A DNA stretch of 64,000 nt, from positions 96,001 to 160,000 of the forward strand of contig CBDFGR010000002.1 of NCBI GenBank assembly GCA_965247115.1, in the 5' to 3' direction. Below are positions 46,735-59,045 of the stretch, piece after piece (position 1 is the stretch's first letter; the number at the start of each line of letters is the position of its first letter). The translations under genes and the position numbers were made by a program. This stretch comes from Myxococcota bacterium. Lineage in GTDB: Bacteria; Myxococcota_A; UBA9160; SZUA-336. The notes beneath the pieces are model-generated. The model was not told the DNA's origin. It worked only from the letters and a program-made list of their open reading frames with translations, and did not search any database.

Positions 46735-47317
46735 GATATCGCTTGTAGAGATTCATGACTCGCTTCACGTAGGTCCGGGTCTCCGGGTACGGCGGAATCC
46801 CCTTGTAGCGCCGCACCGGCTCCACTCCCGCATTGTAAGCCGCCAGTGCCAGCTGCGGCTCCCCAGGAAAGAGCTCGAGCATGGCGCTCAGGTACCGCGT
46901 GCCTCCATCTATGTTCTGCCACGGGTTGAACGGATCGTCCACCCCCAATGACCGAGACGTGCGGGGCATGAGCTGCATCAGTCCCTTCGCGCCCTTGCGG
47001 GAGACGGCGCGAGGATCGAAGGCGGACTCCGCGTGGATTACGGCCTTGACCAGAGCCGGAGAGACGCTCTGCTCTCGGGCCATTCGGGAGATCAGTCCAT
47101 CCCAGGCCCGCGTCGGGACGAAGGCACGCCGGGGCCGTGGCATGGGCCGGACGGGCCTCAGCTCGTGGGGCGTGAACCCGGCGTGACGCGGGTGGTCGCT
47201 GAAGTGAATCGAGCCGTCCGGATCGGTCCAGCTGTACACCTGGGCCTGCGAGGCAACCGGCAGTGCCAGAGCCGCCAGCAGCAGCAGCTTGTCCGCGAAT
47301 CCCAGCCAGCGTGGCAT
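46718..47317 (-). CDS. Lytic transglycosylase (SLT) with a DUF4124-like N-terminus
   Basis: VYSWTDPDG..HFSD; AES, GLMQLMP and AYNAG motifs. Confidence 0.9.
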   Translation of the reverse strand: MPRWLGFADKLLLLAALALPVASQAQVYSWTDPDGSIHFSDHPRHAGFTPHELRPVRPMPRPRRAFVPTRAWDGLISRMAREQSVSPALVKAVIHAESAFDPRAVSRKGAKGLMQLMPRTSRSLGVDDPFNPWQNIDGGTRYLSAMLELFPGEPQLALAAYNAGVEPVRRYKGIPPYPETRTYVKRVMNLYKRYHADFR

Positions 47318-47505
47318 CCAGACACTCCCTCCCCGGCACGCCGGGGCCTAGTAGGCAGTCCCAGCTCCCGACTCCTTATCGGCGCACACCAGCGGCGGGT
47401 TGACCCTGGACCCTTGACCCGATCGGCAACAAGTCCGAGCCCTTGGGGAGCGCTTCTGCGCCCTCTCTGGCTCACCCTCCTACAGCGACTTAGAATGCCG
47501 GTCTC

Positions 47506-49104
47506 ATGGAGGTCGAGAGTCGTTTTCTGGTGCTCGGCAGCGGGATTGCGGGGCTCAGCTTCGCATTGCGCGTGGCAGAACACGGCTCCGTCGTCGTGGT
47601 CACAAAGAAGGGGACCGCGGAATCCGCCACGAACTACGCGCAGGGTGGCATCGCCGCCGTGATCGATGCGGGCGACTCGTTCGAGGCGCACGTTCGCGAC
47701 ACGCTGGAGGCAGGAGCCGGGCTGTGCGACGAAGAGGTCGTGCGCTTCGTGGTCGAGCACGGGCCAGAAGCCGTCCGCAGCTTGATCGACTTCGGCGTGC
47801 GCTTCGACGCGAGCGAGGGTGGGGACGGCTACGACCTGGGGCGAGAGGGCGGCCACTCGCGGCGGCGGGTGCTGCACGCCGCGGACTTCACCGGACAGGA
47901 GATCGAGCGGGTGCTGGTGGAGCGCTGCGAGGCGCACCCGAACATCCAGCTCGTCGCAAACTCGATCGCCGTGGATCTACTCACGACGAGGACGCTCGGG
48001 CTCGCGAACTCCACGCGAGTGCTAGGCGCCTACATCCTCGATGAGGACAGCGGCGAGATCTCCACCTTCCGCGCCCCGGTCGTGCTCCTCGCCACAGGCG
48101 GCTGCGGCAAGGTCTACGTGTACACGAGCAACCCCGACATCGCCTCGGGGGACGGCGTCGCGATGGCCTACCGCGCTGGCGCCAGCATCGCGAACATGGA
48201 GTTCTACCAGTTCCACCCGACCTGCCTCTATCACCCCGAGGCGCGCTCCTTCCTGATCAGCGAGGCCGTACGTGGAGAGGGCGGGATCCTGCGCACAAGA
48301 GCGGGCGAGCGCTTCATGCCCCGCTACGACGACCGTGCGGATCTGGCACCGCGCGACATCGTTGCGCGGGTGATCGACTTCGAGCTCAAGCGCTCGGGAG
48401 ACGACTGCGTCTATCTCGATTGCACGTCGCTGGATCCATCCTTCATCCGCTCACGCTTTCCAAACATAAGGGAGCGCTGCGCGCAGTTCGGCTTCGATCT
48501 GGCGAAGCAACCGATTCCCGTGGTCCCGGCTGCTCACTACGCTTGCGGCGGCGTCCGCACGGATCTGCGCGGCGAGACGGACATCCGCAACCTGTTCGCC
48601 GCAGGCGAGGTGACGTGTACCGGCCTTCACGGAGCCAACCGCCTGGCCTCGAACTCGCTCCTCGAGGGTGTCGTGTTCGCGCGCGCGGCGGCCGACGAGG
48701 CGATCGCGCGCAGCGGGGAGGACCTGGAGCCAGTACCGGCCCTGCCCCGCTGGGATCCGGGGCGAGCAAGCGATCCCACAGAATCGGTTCTCGTGAACGC
48801 GAATTGGGACGAGATCCGGCGCATGATGTGGAACTACGTGGGCATCGTGCGCAGCAACAAGCGCCTGGCCCGCGCCCGGCGCAGGATCGAGCTCCTGCAG
48901 CAGGAGATCCGGGACTACTACTGGGACTTCACGCTGACCCCGGGGCTGGTGGAGCTGCGCAACCTCGCGACCGTCGCGGAGCTGATCGTAGAGAGCGCGC
49001 TCCAACGCCGCGAGACGCGCGGCCTGCATTACACGGTCGATTATCCCGGGAGGGCCGAGGTCGCCAGCAACACGGTGCTGAAACGCAGCGCAGACCCCGC
49101 CTAG
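47506..49104 (+). CDS. nadB: L-aspartate oxidase
   Basis: YAQGGIA, REGGHS, QFHPT and LHGANRLASNSLLE motifs. Confidence 0.96.
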   Translation: MEVESRFLVLGSGIAGLSFALRVAEHGSVVVVTKKGTAESATNYAQGGIAAVIDAGDSFEAHVRDTLEAGAGLCDEEVVRFVVEHGPEAVRSLIDFGVRFDASEGGDGYDLGREGGHSRRRVLHAADFTGQEIERVLVERCEAHPNIQLVANSIAVDLLTTRTLGLANSTRVLGAYILDEDSGEISTFRAPVVLLATGGCGKVYVYTSNPDIASGDGVAMAYRAGASIANMEFYQFHPTCLYHPEARSFLISEAVRGEGGILRTRAGERFMPRYDDRADLAPRDIVARVIDFELKRSGDDCVYLDCTSLDPSFIRSRFPNIRERCAQFGFDLAKQPIPVVPAAHYACGGVRTDLRGETDIRNLFAAGEVTCTGLHGANRLASNSLLEGVVFARAAADEAIARSGEDLEPVPALPRWDPGRASDPTESVLVNANWDEIRRMMWNYVGIVRSNKRLARARRRIELLQQEIRDYYWDFTLTPGLVELRNLATVAELIVESALQRRETRGLHYTVDYPGRAEVASNTVLKRSADPA

Positions 49105-49640
49105 CCTCGGTCGGCGAGGCGATCCGCCAGCACGAGATCGGCCGCGGTCTCGAGATCCGGCGCGGACGGTACCGACCTCGCTAGCGGATTGCTCGTGGCG
49201 GAGCTGAGCAGGACCGCGCCCCGGCAGCTCGCCCGTTCGGCCAGCTCGACGTCGGCCTCGCTATCCCCGATGACCCAGCTCGCGGGCAAATCGGCCCCCA
49301 GCTCGTCACGCGCTCGCTCGAGCAAGCCGGGGGCCGGCTTGCGGCAGGCACAGCCCTGGTCGGGCCGGTGCGGGCAGTGATAGGACTGCTCCACCCGGAG
49401 ACCGACGGCGGCCAGCTCGTCCAGAAGGTGTGCCTGGAAGCGCTCGTAGGCGGCCAGGTCGTAGTAACCCCGCCCGATTCCGCTCTGATTCGTCACGATC
49501 GCCAGGCGATAGCCGGCTCGCGTGAGCTTGCGCAGCCCGGCGACCACGCCCGGCAGGAGCTCGTAGTCCTCCAGCCGATGCACGTAGCCAGGGTCGCGCA
49601 CCAGCGTGCCGTCCCGATCGAGGAAGATGAAGCGACTCAC
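49101..49640 (-). CDS. gmhB: D-glycero-D-manno-heptose 1,7-bisphosphate phosphatase (HAD)
   Basis: FLDRDGT, TNQSGIGRG and CPH....C.CRKP motifs. Confidence 0.88.
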   Translation of the reverse strand: MSRFIFLDRDGTLVRDPGYVHRLEDYELLPGVVAGLRKLTRAGYRLAIVTNQSGIGRGYYDLAAYERFQAHLLDELAAVGLRVEQSYHCPHRPDQGCACRKPAPGLLERARDELGADLPASWVIGDSEADVELAERASCRGAVLLSSATSNPLARSVPSAPDLETAADLVLADRLADRG

Positions 49641-49744
49641 CCTCGAACAGTCTCATCCGGGGGGACGCCGGACCGCAAGCGCCGCGTGACGGCCGCCCGA
49701 CAATGGGGCACGATCCGCATAGCGCACTCTCGAGGGAGCACTGG

Positions 49745-50778
49745 ATGCCGAAGAAGGTCGCCCTGATCACGGGCGTGACGGGCCAGGACGGCTCGTATCT
49801 CGCAGAGCTGCTGCTCGACAAGGGCTACGAGGTACACGGGGTTGCCCGCCGCACCTCGATGTTCAACCGCGAGCGGATCGAGCCCGCACGCGAGAGCGCG
49901 CAGCGGGACGGAAAGGTCTTCGAGCTGCACTACGGCGATCTCGGTGACTCCAGCAGCCTGAACCGGATCATCGCGCTGGTGCGCCCCAACGAGGTCTACA
50001 ACCTGGCTGCGCAGAGCCACGTGGGCATCTCGTTCCAGCAGCCCGAGTACACGAGCGACGTCGACGCCACGGGCACGCTGCGCCTGCTCGAGGCGATCCG
50101 GAGCAACGGCCTGGACGCGCACTTCTACCAGGCCTCCACCTCGGAGCTCTTCGGGGAGGTGTCCGAGACCCCGCAGCGAGAGACGACTCCCTTCCGACCG
50201 CGCTCCCCCTACGCCGCGTCCAAGCTCTATGCCTACTGGATCGTGCGGAACTACCGAGAGGCATACGACATGCACGCCAGCAACGGGATCCTGTTCAACC
50301 ACGAGTCGCCTCGCCGCGGTGAGAACTTCATCAGCCGGAAGGTGACGAGCGGCTTGGCCAGGCTCAAGCTGCGCGGGACGCAGCCCCTCCGAGTCGGCAA
50401 CCTCGAGGCCGTGCGGGACTGGGGCTATGCGCCGGAATACGTCGAGATGATGTGGCGGATGCTGCAGCAGGACGGTCCCGGCGACTACATCGCGGCGACC
50501 GGAGAGAACCACTCGGTGCGGGAGCTGATCGAGGCTGCTGCCGCCTGCGTCGACTACGAGGTCGAGTGGGAGGGCGAGGGCGTTGCGGAGGTAGGCAGAG
50601 ACGCCCGGAGTGGCGAGGTGATCGTCGAGGTGGACCAGACTTTCTACCGCCCTGCAGAGGTCGACCTCTTGCTGGGGGATGCGAGCAAGGCCAAGGAGGA
50701 GCTCGGCTGGGCTCCCACAGTGCGCTTTGCCGAGCTGGTCCAGATCATGATGGACGCCGACATCAAGCTCTGGAGCAC

Positions 50779-50782
<4 letters not shown>
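49745..50782 (+). CDS. gmd: GDP-mannose 4,6-dehydratase
   Basis: ITGVTGQDGSYL, AAQSHV, SPYAASK and LFNHESPRRGE motifs. Confidence 0.96.
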
Positions 50783-52229
<1,447 letters not shown>

Positions 52230-52233
<4 letters not shown>

Positions 52234-54440
52234 TTCAGCGCCTCCGGCAGCGTTCCGCCCCATACATCGTGCGCTTCCGCGAGCGCGACGTCGACACCTG
52301 GCGCGATCCGGATGCGATCTCCGCCGGTCTCGCCGATCACTCGCGCCGGAACGCCCGAGCGTTCGGCCAGCTCGAGCAGCTCACCTCGCTCCGCCGGCCC
52401 ACAGCTCACGACAGCGCGCGAAGCGGACTCGCCGAACAGGGCGGCCTCGGGTCGCAGACCCGAGCCGGGCAGCTCGGCACGAAGTCCAACTGACGACCGC
52501 AGCGCACACTCGGCAAGGCTGACCGCGAGCCCTCCGTCGGACACGTCGTGCGCGGAGCGTACAAGCCCGTCTCTGGCAGCGGCGCGCAAGAGCTCGTGCA
52601 GACGTCCCTCTGCCTCGAGATCGAGCAGGGGGGGGACGCCGCGCTCCAGGCCATGCCGCACCGCCAGGTACTCCGACGCTCCGAGCTCCCCCAGATTCTC
52701 GCCGAGGAGGACGATGGAGTCGCCCGCCGACTGGAACGCGGCCCCGACCGCATGGGTGACATCGTCGAGCAGCCCCAGCATGCCGATGGTCGGAGTGGGC
52801 GGGATCGAGCCCTCTCCGGCCGTCTCGTTGTAGAAGCTCACATTCCCCGAGACGATCGGGACCCCGAGCTCGCGGCAGGCCGCGCCCATCCCGCGCACGC
52901 TCTCGGAGAACTCCCACATCGACTCAGGCCGCTCCGGATTCCCGAAGTTGAGGCAGTTCGTGACGGCGTAGGGGCGAGCGCCGGTCACCGCGACATTGCG
53001 CGCCGCTTCGGCCACCGCGAGCTGCGCTCCCAGGTAGGGATCCAGCGAGCAGTAGCGCGGGTTGCAGTCTGTGGAGAGCGCGATGCCGAGGTTCGACCCT
53101 GGAACCCGCATCACAGCGGCGTCGCCGCCCGGACGCAGCACCGTGCTCGATTGTACGATCTGGTCGTACTGCTGGTAGACCCACTCGCGGGAGCAGAGGT
53201 TCGGGGAGCCGAGCAGCTCGAGCAGTGCGCCAGAGGGATCGGCCTCGGGAGCGAGCGCGGCCACGTCCAGCTTGCGCCGCTCGTCCAGATCGGCGGGGCG
53301 CACGACCGGGCGGTCGTAGACGGGGGCGCTGCGAGCGATCGGGTCGACGGGAATGTCGACAACGTGGGAATGCCGCCAGCGCACCTGCATTCGTCCGGTG
53401 TCCGTCACCTTCCCCACGACGACCGCCTCGAGATCCCACTTCGCAAAGACGTCGAGCACCTCGGCCTCGCGGCCTGCCTCCGCCACCAGCAGCATGCGCT
53501 CTTGCGACTCCGAGAGCAGCAGCTCATAGGGGCTCATGCCCTCCTCCCGCTGCGGCACCAGGTCCAGATCCATCTCGATTCCGGTCCCTGCGGCAGAGGC
53601 CATCTCGAAGCTCGAGCACGTGAGACCCGCGGCTCCCATGTCCTGAATGCCGATCACGGCGCCCGTCGCCATGACCTCGAGACAGGCCTCGAGGAGCAGC
53701 TTCTCGGCGAACGGATCGCCGAGCTGCACGGTCGGGCGCATGGATTCCGTGTCAGCGTCGAACTCGCTCGACGCCAGCAAGCTGGCCCCGTGGATGCCAT
53801 CCCGACCGGTTCGCGAGCCGACATAGATGACGGGGTTGCCGGGGCCGCTCGCCTTGGCGAGGAAGATCCCGTCAAGCGGGGCGATCCCCACGTTCATCGC
53901 GTTCACGAGGATGTTGCTCGCGTAGCCGGGGTGAAAGCTGACCTCGCCACCAACGGTGGCGCAGCCAAAGCAGTTGCCGTAGTCGCCAATGCCTGCCACA
54001 ACCCCGCGTAGCAGGTAGCGCTGACGGGGATCGTCGAGCTCGCCGAAGCGCAGCGAGTTCAGACTCGCGAGAGGCCGCGCCCCCATGGTGAAGATGTCCC
54101 GCAGGATGCCACCGACGCCGGTGGCCGCGCCGCCGTGCGGCTCGATGTAGGACGGATGGTTGTGGCTCTCGATCTTGAAGACGGCGGCCCGGCCCTCGCC
54201 GATGTCGACCACGCCCGCGTTCTCTCCGGGACCGTGCAGTACCCACGGAGCCTCCGTCGGCAAGGCGGCGAGATAGCGCTTGCTGGACTTGTAGGAGCAG
54301 TGCTCGGACCACATGACCGAGAACACCCCGAGCTCAGGGTACGTCGGGTCGCGTCCCAGGAGCTCGAGGACGCGCGTCCACTCCGCATCGCTCAGGCCGT
54401 GCTCGCGCGCGAGCTCCAGGTTGACCTCGGGCTCCCTCAC
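52230..54440 (-). CDS. purL: Phosphoribosylformylglycinamidine synthase subunit PurL
   Basis: [25 protein letters not shown] and SESQERM motifs. Confidence 0.97.
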
Positions 54441-55129
54441 GGGCGGCAGCTTCGCAGGAACGAGCGCAGCAGCGTGGCACCATCGGAGCTGCCGAGCAGG
54501 GGATCCACGGCGTGCTCCGGATGCGGCATCAGTCCCAGGACGTTCCCCGACTCGTTTCTGACCCCGGCGATGCCGTCGACCGCACCGTTCGGGTTTGCGC
54601 CAAGGTAGCGGAACGCGACGCGCGGGGGTCGGTCAGGATCCGGGACATACGCTCCCTGCCCGTGCTTGATCGGAATCGAGAGCGACCCGCCCAGGGGAAG
54701 CCCGGCGCCCAGCAGACCCGGATCTTCGATCTGGAGCTCCACGTCGCGACACACAAAGCAGAGATCGCGGTTCCGTACCATCGCGCCGGACAGCAGGCCG
54801 GCCTCGCAGAGCACCTGGAAGCCATTGCACACCCCAAGTACCGGCCGCCCCGATTCCGCGAGAGCGGCCACTGCCCGCATGACGGGCGAGAAGCGCGCCA
54901 TGGCTCCCGCGCGCAGGTAGTCCCCGTACGAGAAGCCGCCCGGGACCGCGACTCCGTGGAGGTTGTCCGGCAGGCGCCTGTCCTTGTGCCACACCATCTG
55001 CACGTCAGCGCCGACGCGCGAGAGAGCACCGGCCATGTCGCGATCGTCGTTGGAGCCGGGGAACACCACCACCCCGATGCGGGGTCCGGGTGTCTGGGGC
55101 AGCGTCTCCGGCTGGGCTTGCGTCGTCAC
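54437..55129 (-). CDS. purQ: Phosphoribosylformylglycinamidine synthase subunit PurQ (start uncertain)
   Basis: [22 protein letters not shown] and MPHPE motifs. Confidence 0.94.
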   Translation of the reverse strand: MTTQAQPETLPQTPGPRIGVVVFPGSNDDRDMAGALSRVGADVQMVWHKDRRLPDNLHGVAVPGGFSYGDYLRAGAMARFSPVMRAVAALAESGRPVLGVCNGFQVLCEAGLLSGAMVRNRDLCFVCRDVELQIEDPGLLGAGLPLGGSLSIPIKHGQGAYVPDPDRPPRVAFRYLGANPNGAVDGIAGVRNESGNVLGLMPHPEHAVDPLLGSSDGATLLRSFLRSCRP

Positions 55130-55258
55130 GCGGCTCGTCGGGCTCTGGAGGGATCGCCGGAGGCGGCGGGGGCTCACGCTCCCCCCTGGGAACGGGTACA
55201 GCCGCAGTGTGCCAGCCGCTTCACTGAGTTTCAACGCGCGGCGCGGTAAACTTGACGC

Positions 55259-55768
55259 ATGAGGGACGATCCGAAATCCCCTGGCGCGCCGCGAGACCTC
55301 GGCTACGAGGAGGTCGTCGCGCTGCTACGCCGCGAGCTGCGCGCTGTCGCACGCAACGCCCGCGTCTTTGGGCTACGCTCGCGGGCCCGGCCTTCGCTGA
55401 TGAGTGCCCGCAGCTGGGCGGAGCTCGCCCAGATCGAGGCCGAGCTCCAGGACATCCTGGAGCACACGCTGCGTCTCGAGCTGCACGTGGAGCCGTGGAC
55501 GGGGTGGGGAAGGACGGCCGTCGGAGTCGGCAGCTTCATCGATAGCCTGGCGGGCGAGCGGCGCCTGCTGACGCGCCTATTCGGCACCGCCGCTCACCAT
55601 CCGATCGAGCGCTGGCGTGCCGGCGTGCCGCAGCTGGAGGACGCCTTGTGGCCCTTCCTGAGCGGGCGAACGCGCTATCTCGCGAACACCCTGGCCCTAG
55701 CCCTGAACGAGCCGGCGCCCTTCGCCCAGCTGATCTGGCACCCTCGCCGCCGCCAGTTCACGTCGTGA
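55259..55768 (+). CDS. Hypothetical protein
   Basis: 169-aa ORF filling the purS-purQ gap on the opposite strand. Confidence 0.6.
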   Translation: MRDDPKSPGAPRDLGYEEVVALLRRELRAVARNARVFGLRSRARPSLMSARSWAELAQIEAELQDILEHTLRLELHVEPWTGWGRTAVGVGSFIDSLAGERRLLTRLFGTAAHHPIERWRAGVPQLEDALWPFLSGRTRYLANTLALALNEPAPFAQLIWHPRRRQFTS

Positions 55769-55969
55769 CTTGTGGGACCCGGCCGCGAGCGTCCGCGGCC
55801 ACCCACCTCCGCTCAGGCCCAGGGCCTTCGCTGCGCGCGCCGCTTTCGCGGCGCTTGCATGGGTGCCAAGCCTCGTAGCAGGGTGCCGGTTCTCCCCGGA
55901 GTCATAACTTGGGGACGGTCCTTAATCATAACTTGTTTGGCCTGAATCGAGACTTCTGGTCGCTGGGGG

Positions 55970-56209
55970 CTATGAAACGCGGATTTCGTATTGCTCGATG
56001 ACGGGGTTTGCGAGGAGCTTTTCGCACATTTCTGAGGCCAGGTGGCGAGCTTGCTCGGCGTCCGCGGCGTCCAGGTCGAGGTGAATCACCTTGCCCGTCC
56101 GTACTTCGGCGACCTGGTCGTAGCCGAGCTCGCGCAAGGCGCGCTCGACCTGGCGGCCCTCGGCGTCGAGCACGCCGGGCTTCAGGGTGACGAGAACGGT
56201 GACCCTCAC
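55970..56209 (-). CDS. purS: Phosphoribosylformylglycinamidine synthase subunit PurS
   Basis: LKPGVLD.EG, VRTGK and LLANPVIE motifs. Confidence 0.95.
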   Translation of the reverse strand: MRVTVLVTLKPGVLDAEGRQVERALRELGYDQVAEVRTGKVIHLDLDAADAEQARHLASEMCEKLLANPVIEQYEIRVS

Positions 56210-57513
56210 GACTCCGTGGCTCCGGCGAGCACCCGCTCAAAGATCGCGTCCACGTGCTGCAAGTGCCGCTCGAGGTCGAAGCACTCCGCGAGCTCGTCGG
56301 GCTTGAGCAGCTTCCCCAGCTCTTCGTCTGCCTGAAGGCGGTCGTAGAGGTGGCCGCCTTCGTCTCCGGTTGCGAGCGCGTGCCCCTGGACGAGGCGATA
56401 GGCCTCCTGCCGGGAGAGCCCGTGTCGCAAGAGCGCGAGCAGGACTGCGCCGGAGTAGACGAGCCCTCGGCTGGCATCCAGGTGCCGACGCATCTGCTCC
56501 GGGAACACCTCGAGTCCTGCGATGAGCTCGGCGAGGCGGTACAACATGAAGTGCACAGTTGTCGTCGCGTCCGGTCCGACGACCCGTTCGACGGAGCTGT
56601 TCGAGATGTCGCGCTCGTGCCACAGCACCGAGTTCTCGAGCGTCGCACTCGCGTAGCCCCGCACCACGCGCGCCAGCCCCGCAAGCGTCTCGAAGCGCCA
56701 GGGGTTGCGCTTGTGCGGCATGGCCGAGCTCCCCTTCTGCTCGGCGCCGAAGAACTCCTGGACCTCGCCCACCTCGGTGCGAGCGAGGTGGCGCATCTCT
56801 ACCGCGATGCGCTCGATTCCCGTCGCTGTTTGCGCGAGCGCATTGACCAGCTCGGCATGGCGGTCGCGCGAGACGATCTGCGTCGAGATGGCGGCAGGCG
56901 CAAGTCCGAGCTCGGCCATGGCCGCGGCCTCCACCTCCGGACCCAGGTGGGCGAAGGTGCCAACCGCGCCAGATGCCTTGCCCACGGCAACTGCCTCGCG
57001 GGCGCGTTCGAGACGGGTGTGGTTGCGCCGCATCTCGTCGAAGCCGTAGAGCAGCTTCAGTCCGAAGGTCGTCGGCTCCGCGAAGATGCCATGGGTTCGA
57101 CCGACGCACACGGTGCGCCGGTGCTCGAGCGCGCGATCTCGCAGCGCGTCAAGGACCCTGCGACTCTGCTCGAGAATGTGGTCCATCGCGTCGCGCAGCT
57201 GCAGGGCCAGGCACGTGTCGAGCACGTCGGAGGACGTGAGGCCGAGATGCACGTAGCGAGCGGCGGGGCCAATCTCCTCGGCCAGCGCGTCCAGATACGC
57301 GTTCACGTCGTGGTGCACCCTCGCCTCGATCTCTGCGACGCGCTCCGGATCCACCTTTGCGCGCGCCTCGATCGTCTCGAAGGCCTGGCGCGGGATCTCG
57401 CCGCGGTCTGCCAGGGCCCGACAGACCGCAACCTCGATCCGGGTCCAGAGCTCATACCGATGCGCATCGGCCCAAAGCGCCGCCATCTCGGGCCGCGTGT
57501 ACCGCGAAATCAC
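56206..57513 (-). CDS. purB: Adenylosuccinate lyase
   Basis: MISRYTRPEM, GSSAMPHKRNP and HERDISNSSVER motifs. Confidence 0.97.
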   Translation of the reverse strand: MISRYTRPEMAALWADAHRYELWTRIEVAVCRALADRGEIPRQAFETIEARAKVDPERVAEIEARVHHDVNAYLDALAEEIGPAARYVHLGLTSSDVLDTCLALQLRDAMDHILEQSRRVLDALRDRALEHRRTVCVGRTHGIFAEPTTFGLKLLYGFDEMRRNHTRLERAREAVAVGKASGAVGTFAHLGPEVEAAAMAELGLAPAAISTQIVSRDRHAELVNALAQTATGIERIAVEMRHLARTEVGEVQEFFGAEQKGSSAMPHKRNPWRFETLAGLARVVRGYASATLENSVLWHERDISNSSVERVVGPDATTTVHFMLYRLAELIAGLEVFPEQMRRHLDASRGLVYSGAVLLALLRHGLSRQEAYRLVQGHALATGDEGGHLYDRLQADEELGKLLKPDELAECFDLERHLQHVDAIFERVLAGATES

Positions 57514-57573
57514 TTTGCTCTCCAGCGCACGTTCACACCGCGGGAGGCCACCCGCGCGCCGGGTCTCACGAGA

Positions 57574-58584
57574 CTAGCCATGACGGAGATAGTAATAGGC
57601 CAGAAGCATGTAATACATGACGGGGATCACGAGCAGAGCGGAGTCCACGCGATCCAGGACACCACCCACTCCAGGCAAGATGCTTCCCGCATCCTTCAGG
57701 TCGGCGTCGCGTTTCAGCACGGATTCGACCAGGTCCCCCAGCACGGCAATAACGGTGAGGAGTGCACCGAACAGGCCCGCCGCGGTGTAGGTCAGCTCGT
57801 TGGAGAGCCCGCCCGGAATGATCTCGTCGAAGACGAACTTGGTCAGGAGGCAGCAGAGCGTCCCGGTCACGACTCCGCCGAGCGCTCCCTCGAGCGTCTT
57901 GTTCGGACTGATAGCGGGAGCGAGCTTTCGGCGCCCGAACTTGGTTCCGACAAAGTAAGCCCCGGTGTCGGAGAAGACCGCGGCCACCAGACAGAAGATG
58001 ATGAAGAAGAAGCCGAGCTGCGGCTCGAACTCCAGCGTCGGGTAGCGGTTCGACAGATCCTTCGCGATGAAGCGCACGGAGACGGCGTGGGCGAGCAGCC
58101 AGCCCACGTAGAACACCCCGAAGAACGTGGCCGAGATGCTCATCATCGCCTCGCGGATCTGCGCATGGGTCAGCTGCAACAGCATCACCGTGAGCAGCAC
58201 AGCCGTCATGAAGCTCGTGGCGAGGAAGGCGTCGCCCACGTAAACGATGAGCGGCAGGGCCGCAGCCGCGAGCGTGCCGAGCAGCCGGTTCGGCGTGCCC
58301 CCCTTCGCCGCGATAAAGCCGTAGAACTCATTGATCGCGATGCTGCTGAACACGATCACCAGGCCCACGTACCAGAGCCCGCCCACGTAGCAAATCCAGA
58401 GCACGGGCGGCACGAGAAACGAGGTGGTCACGAGCCGCAGCGCCAGGTTGCTGGGTCGCCAGCGCGCCCTCTCGGGCTCGCGCGCCGATGGTGGCTGCGG
58501 GTGGATGCCGAGCCCCGGAGGTGACCTCTGTTCGGGCTCCGCGCTCCCCGTCACATCCTCTGGCGGTGGATCTTGAATGCTCAT
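57574..58584 (-). CDS. cdsA: Phosphatidate cytidylyltransferase
   Basis: SPNKTLEG and GDLVESVLKRDA.LKD.G.ILPG.GGVLDRVDS motifs. Confidence 0.93.
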   Translation of the reverse strand: MSIQDPPPEDVTGSAEPEQRSPPGLGIHPQPPSAREPERARWRPSNLALRLVTTSFLVPPVLWICYVGGLWYVGLVIVFSSIAINEFYGFIAAKGGTPNRLLGTLAAAALPLIVYVGDAFLATSFMTAVLLTVMLLQLTHAQIREAMMSISATFFGVFYVGWLLAHAVSVRFIAKDLSNRYPTLEFEPQLGFFFIIFCLVAAVFSDTGAYFVGTKFGRRKLAPAISPNKTLEGALGGVVTGTLCCLLTKFVFDEIIPGGLSNELTYTAAGLFGALLTVIAVLGDLVESVLKRDADLKDAGSILPGVGGVLDRVDSALLVIPVMYYMLLAYYYLRHG

Positions 58585-59045
58585 CCGCGACCGGTGTGTC
58601 CGAAGCGGCCCGCACCCCGCGACGTCGTGCCGAGGGCCTCGGACTGCTCGACCTCCTGGAAGACGGGCTCGGCGACAGGGGCGATCACGAGCTGCGCGAT
58701 GCGATCCCCCCGCGCGAGACGCACGGCCCGGTCGCCGGTGTTGTCCAGGATTACGTGAACCTCGCCCCGGTAGTCCGCATCGATCGTGCCGGGGGCGTTC
58801 GGCACCACTACACCGGACTCGAGCGCGAGGCCGCTCCGGCTCCGCACCTGACCCTCGAAGCCCGGCGGGATGGCGAGCGCGAACCCCGTCGGTACGGCAG
58901 CGCGCTGGCCGGGAGCCAGCTCGAGCTCGGCGTGAATGGCGGCGCGCAGATCGACCCCCGAGCTGTGCTTCGTTGCGGGCTCGGGTAGGGGCAGATCGGC
59001 GTCGGCCTCGCCCCGGACCCGCAGGATGCGGATGACGGGCTTCAT
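58581..59045 (-). CDS. dut: dUTP diphosphatase
   Basis: RSGLA, GTIDADYRGE and RGAGRFGHTG motifs. Confidence 0.95.
   Translation of the reverse strand: MKPVIRILRVRGEADADLPLPEPATKHSSGVDLRAAIHAELELAPGQRAAVPTGFALAIPPGFEGQVRSRSGLALESGVVVPNAPGTIDADYRGEVHVILDNTGDRAVRLARGDRIAQLVIAPVAEPVFQEVEQSEALGTTSRGAGRFGHTGRG

Noticed and set aside
56254..58524. 756-aa plus-strand ORF and similar long ORFs (2231-4033, 52548-54011, 59144-60604)
   Set aside because: Antisense to clearly identified genes.
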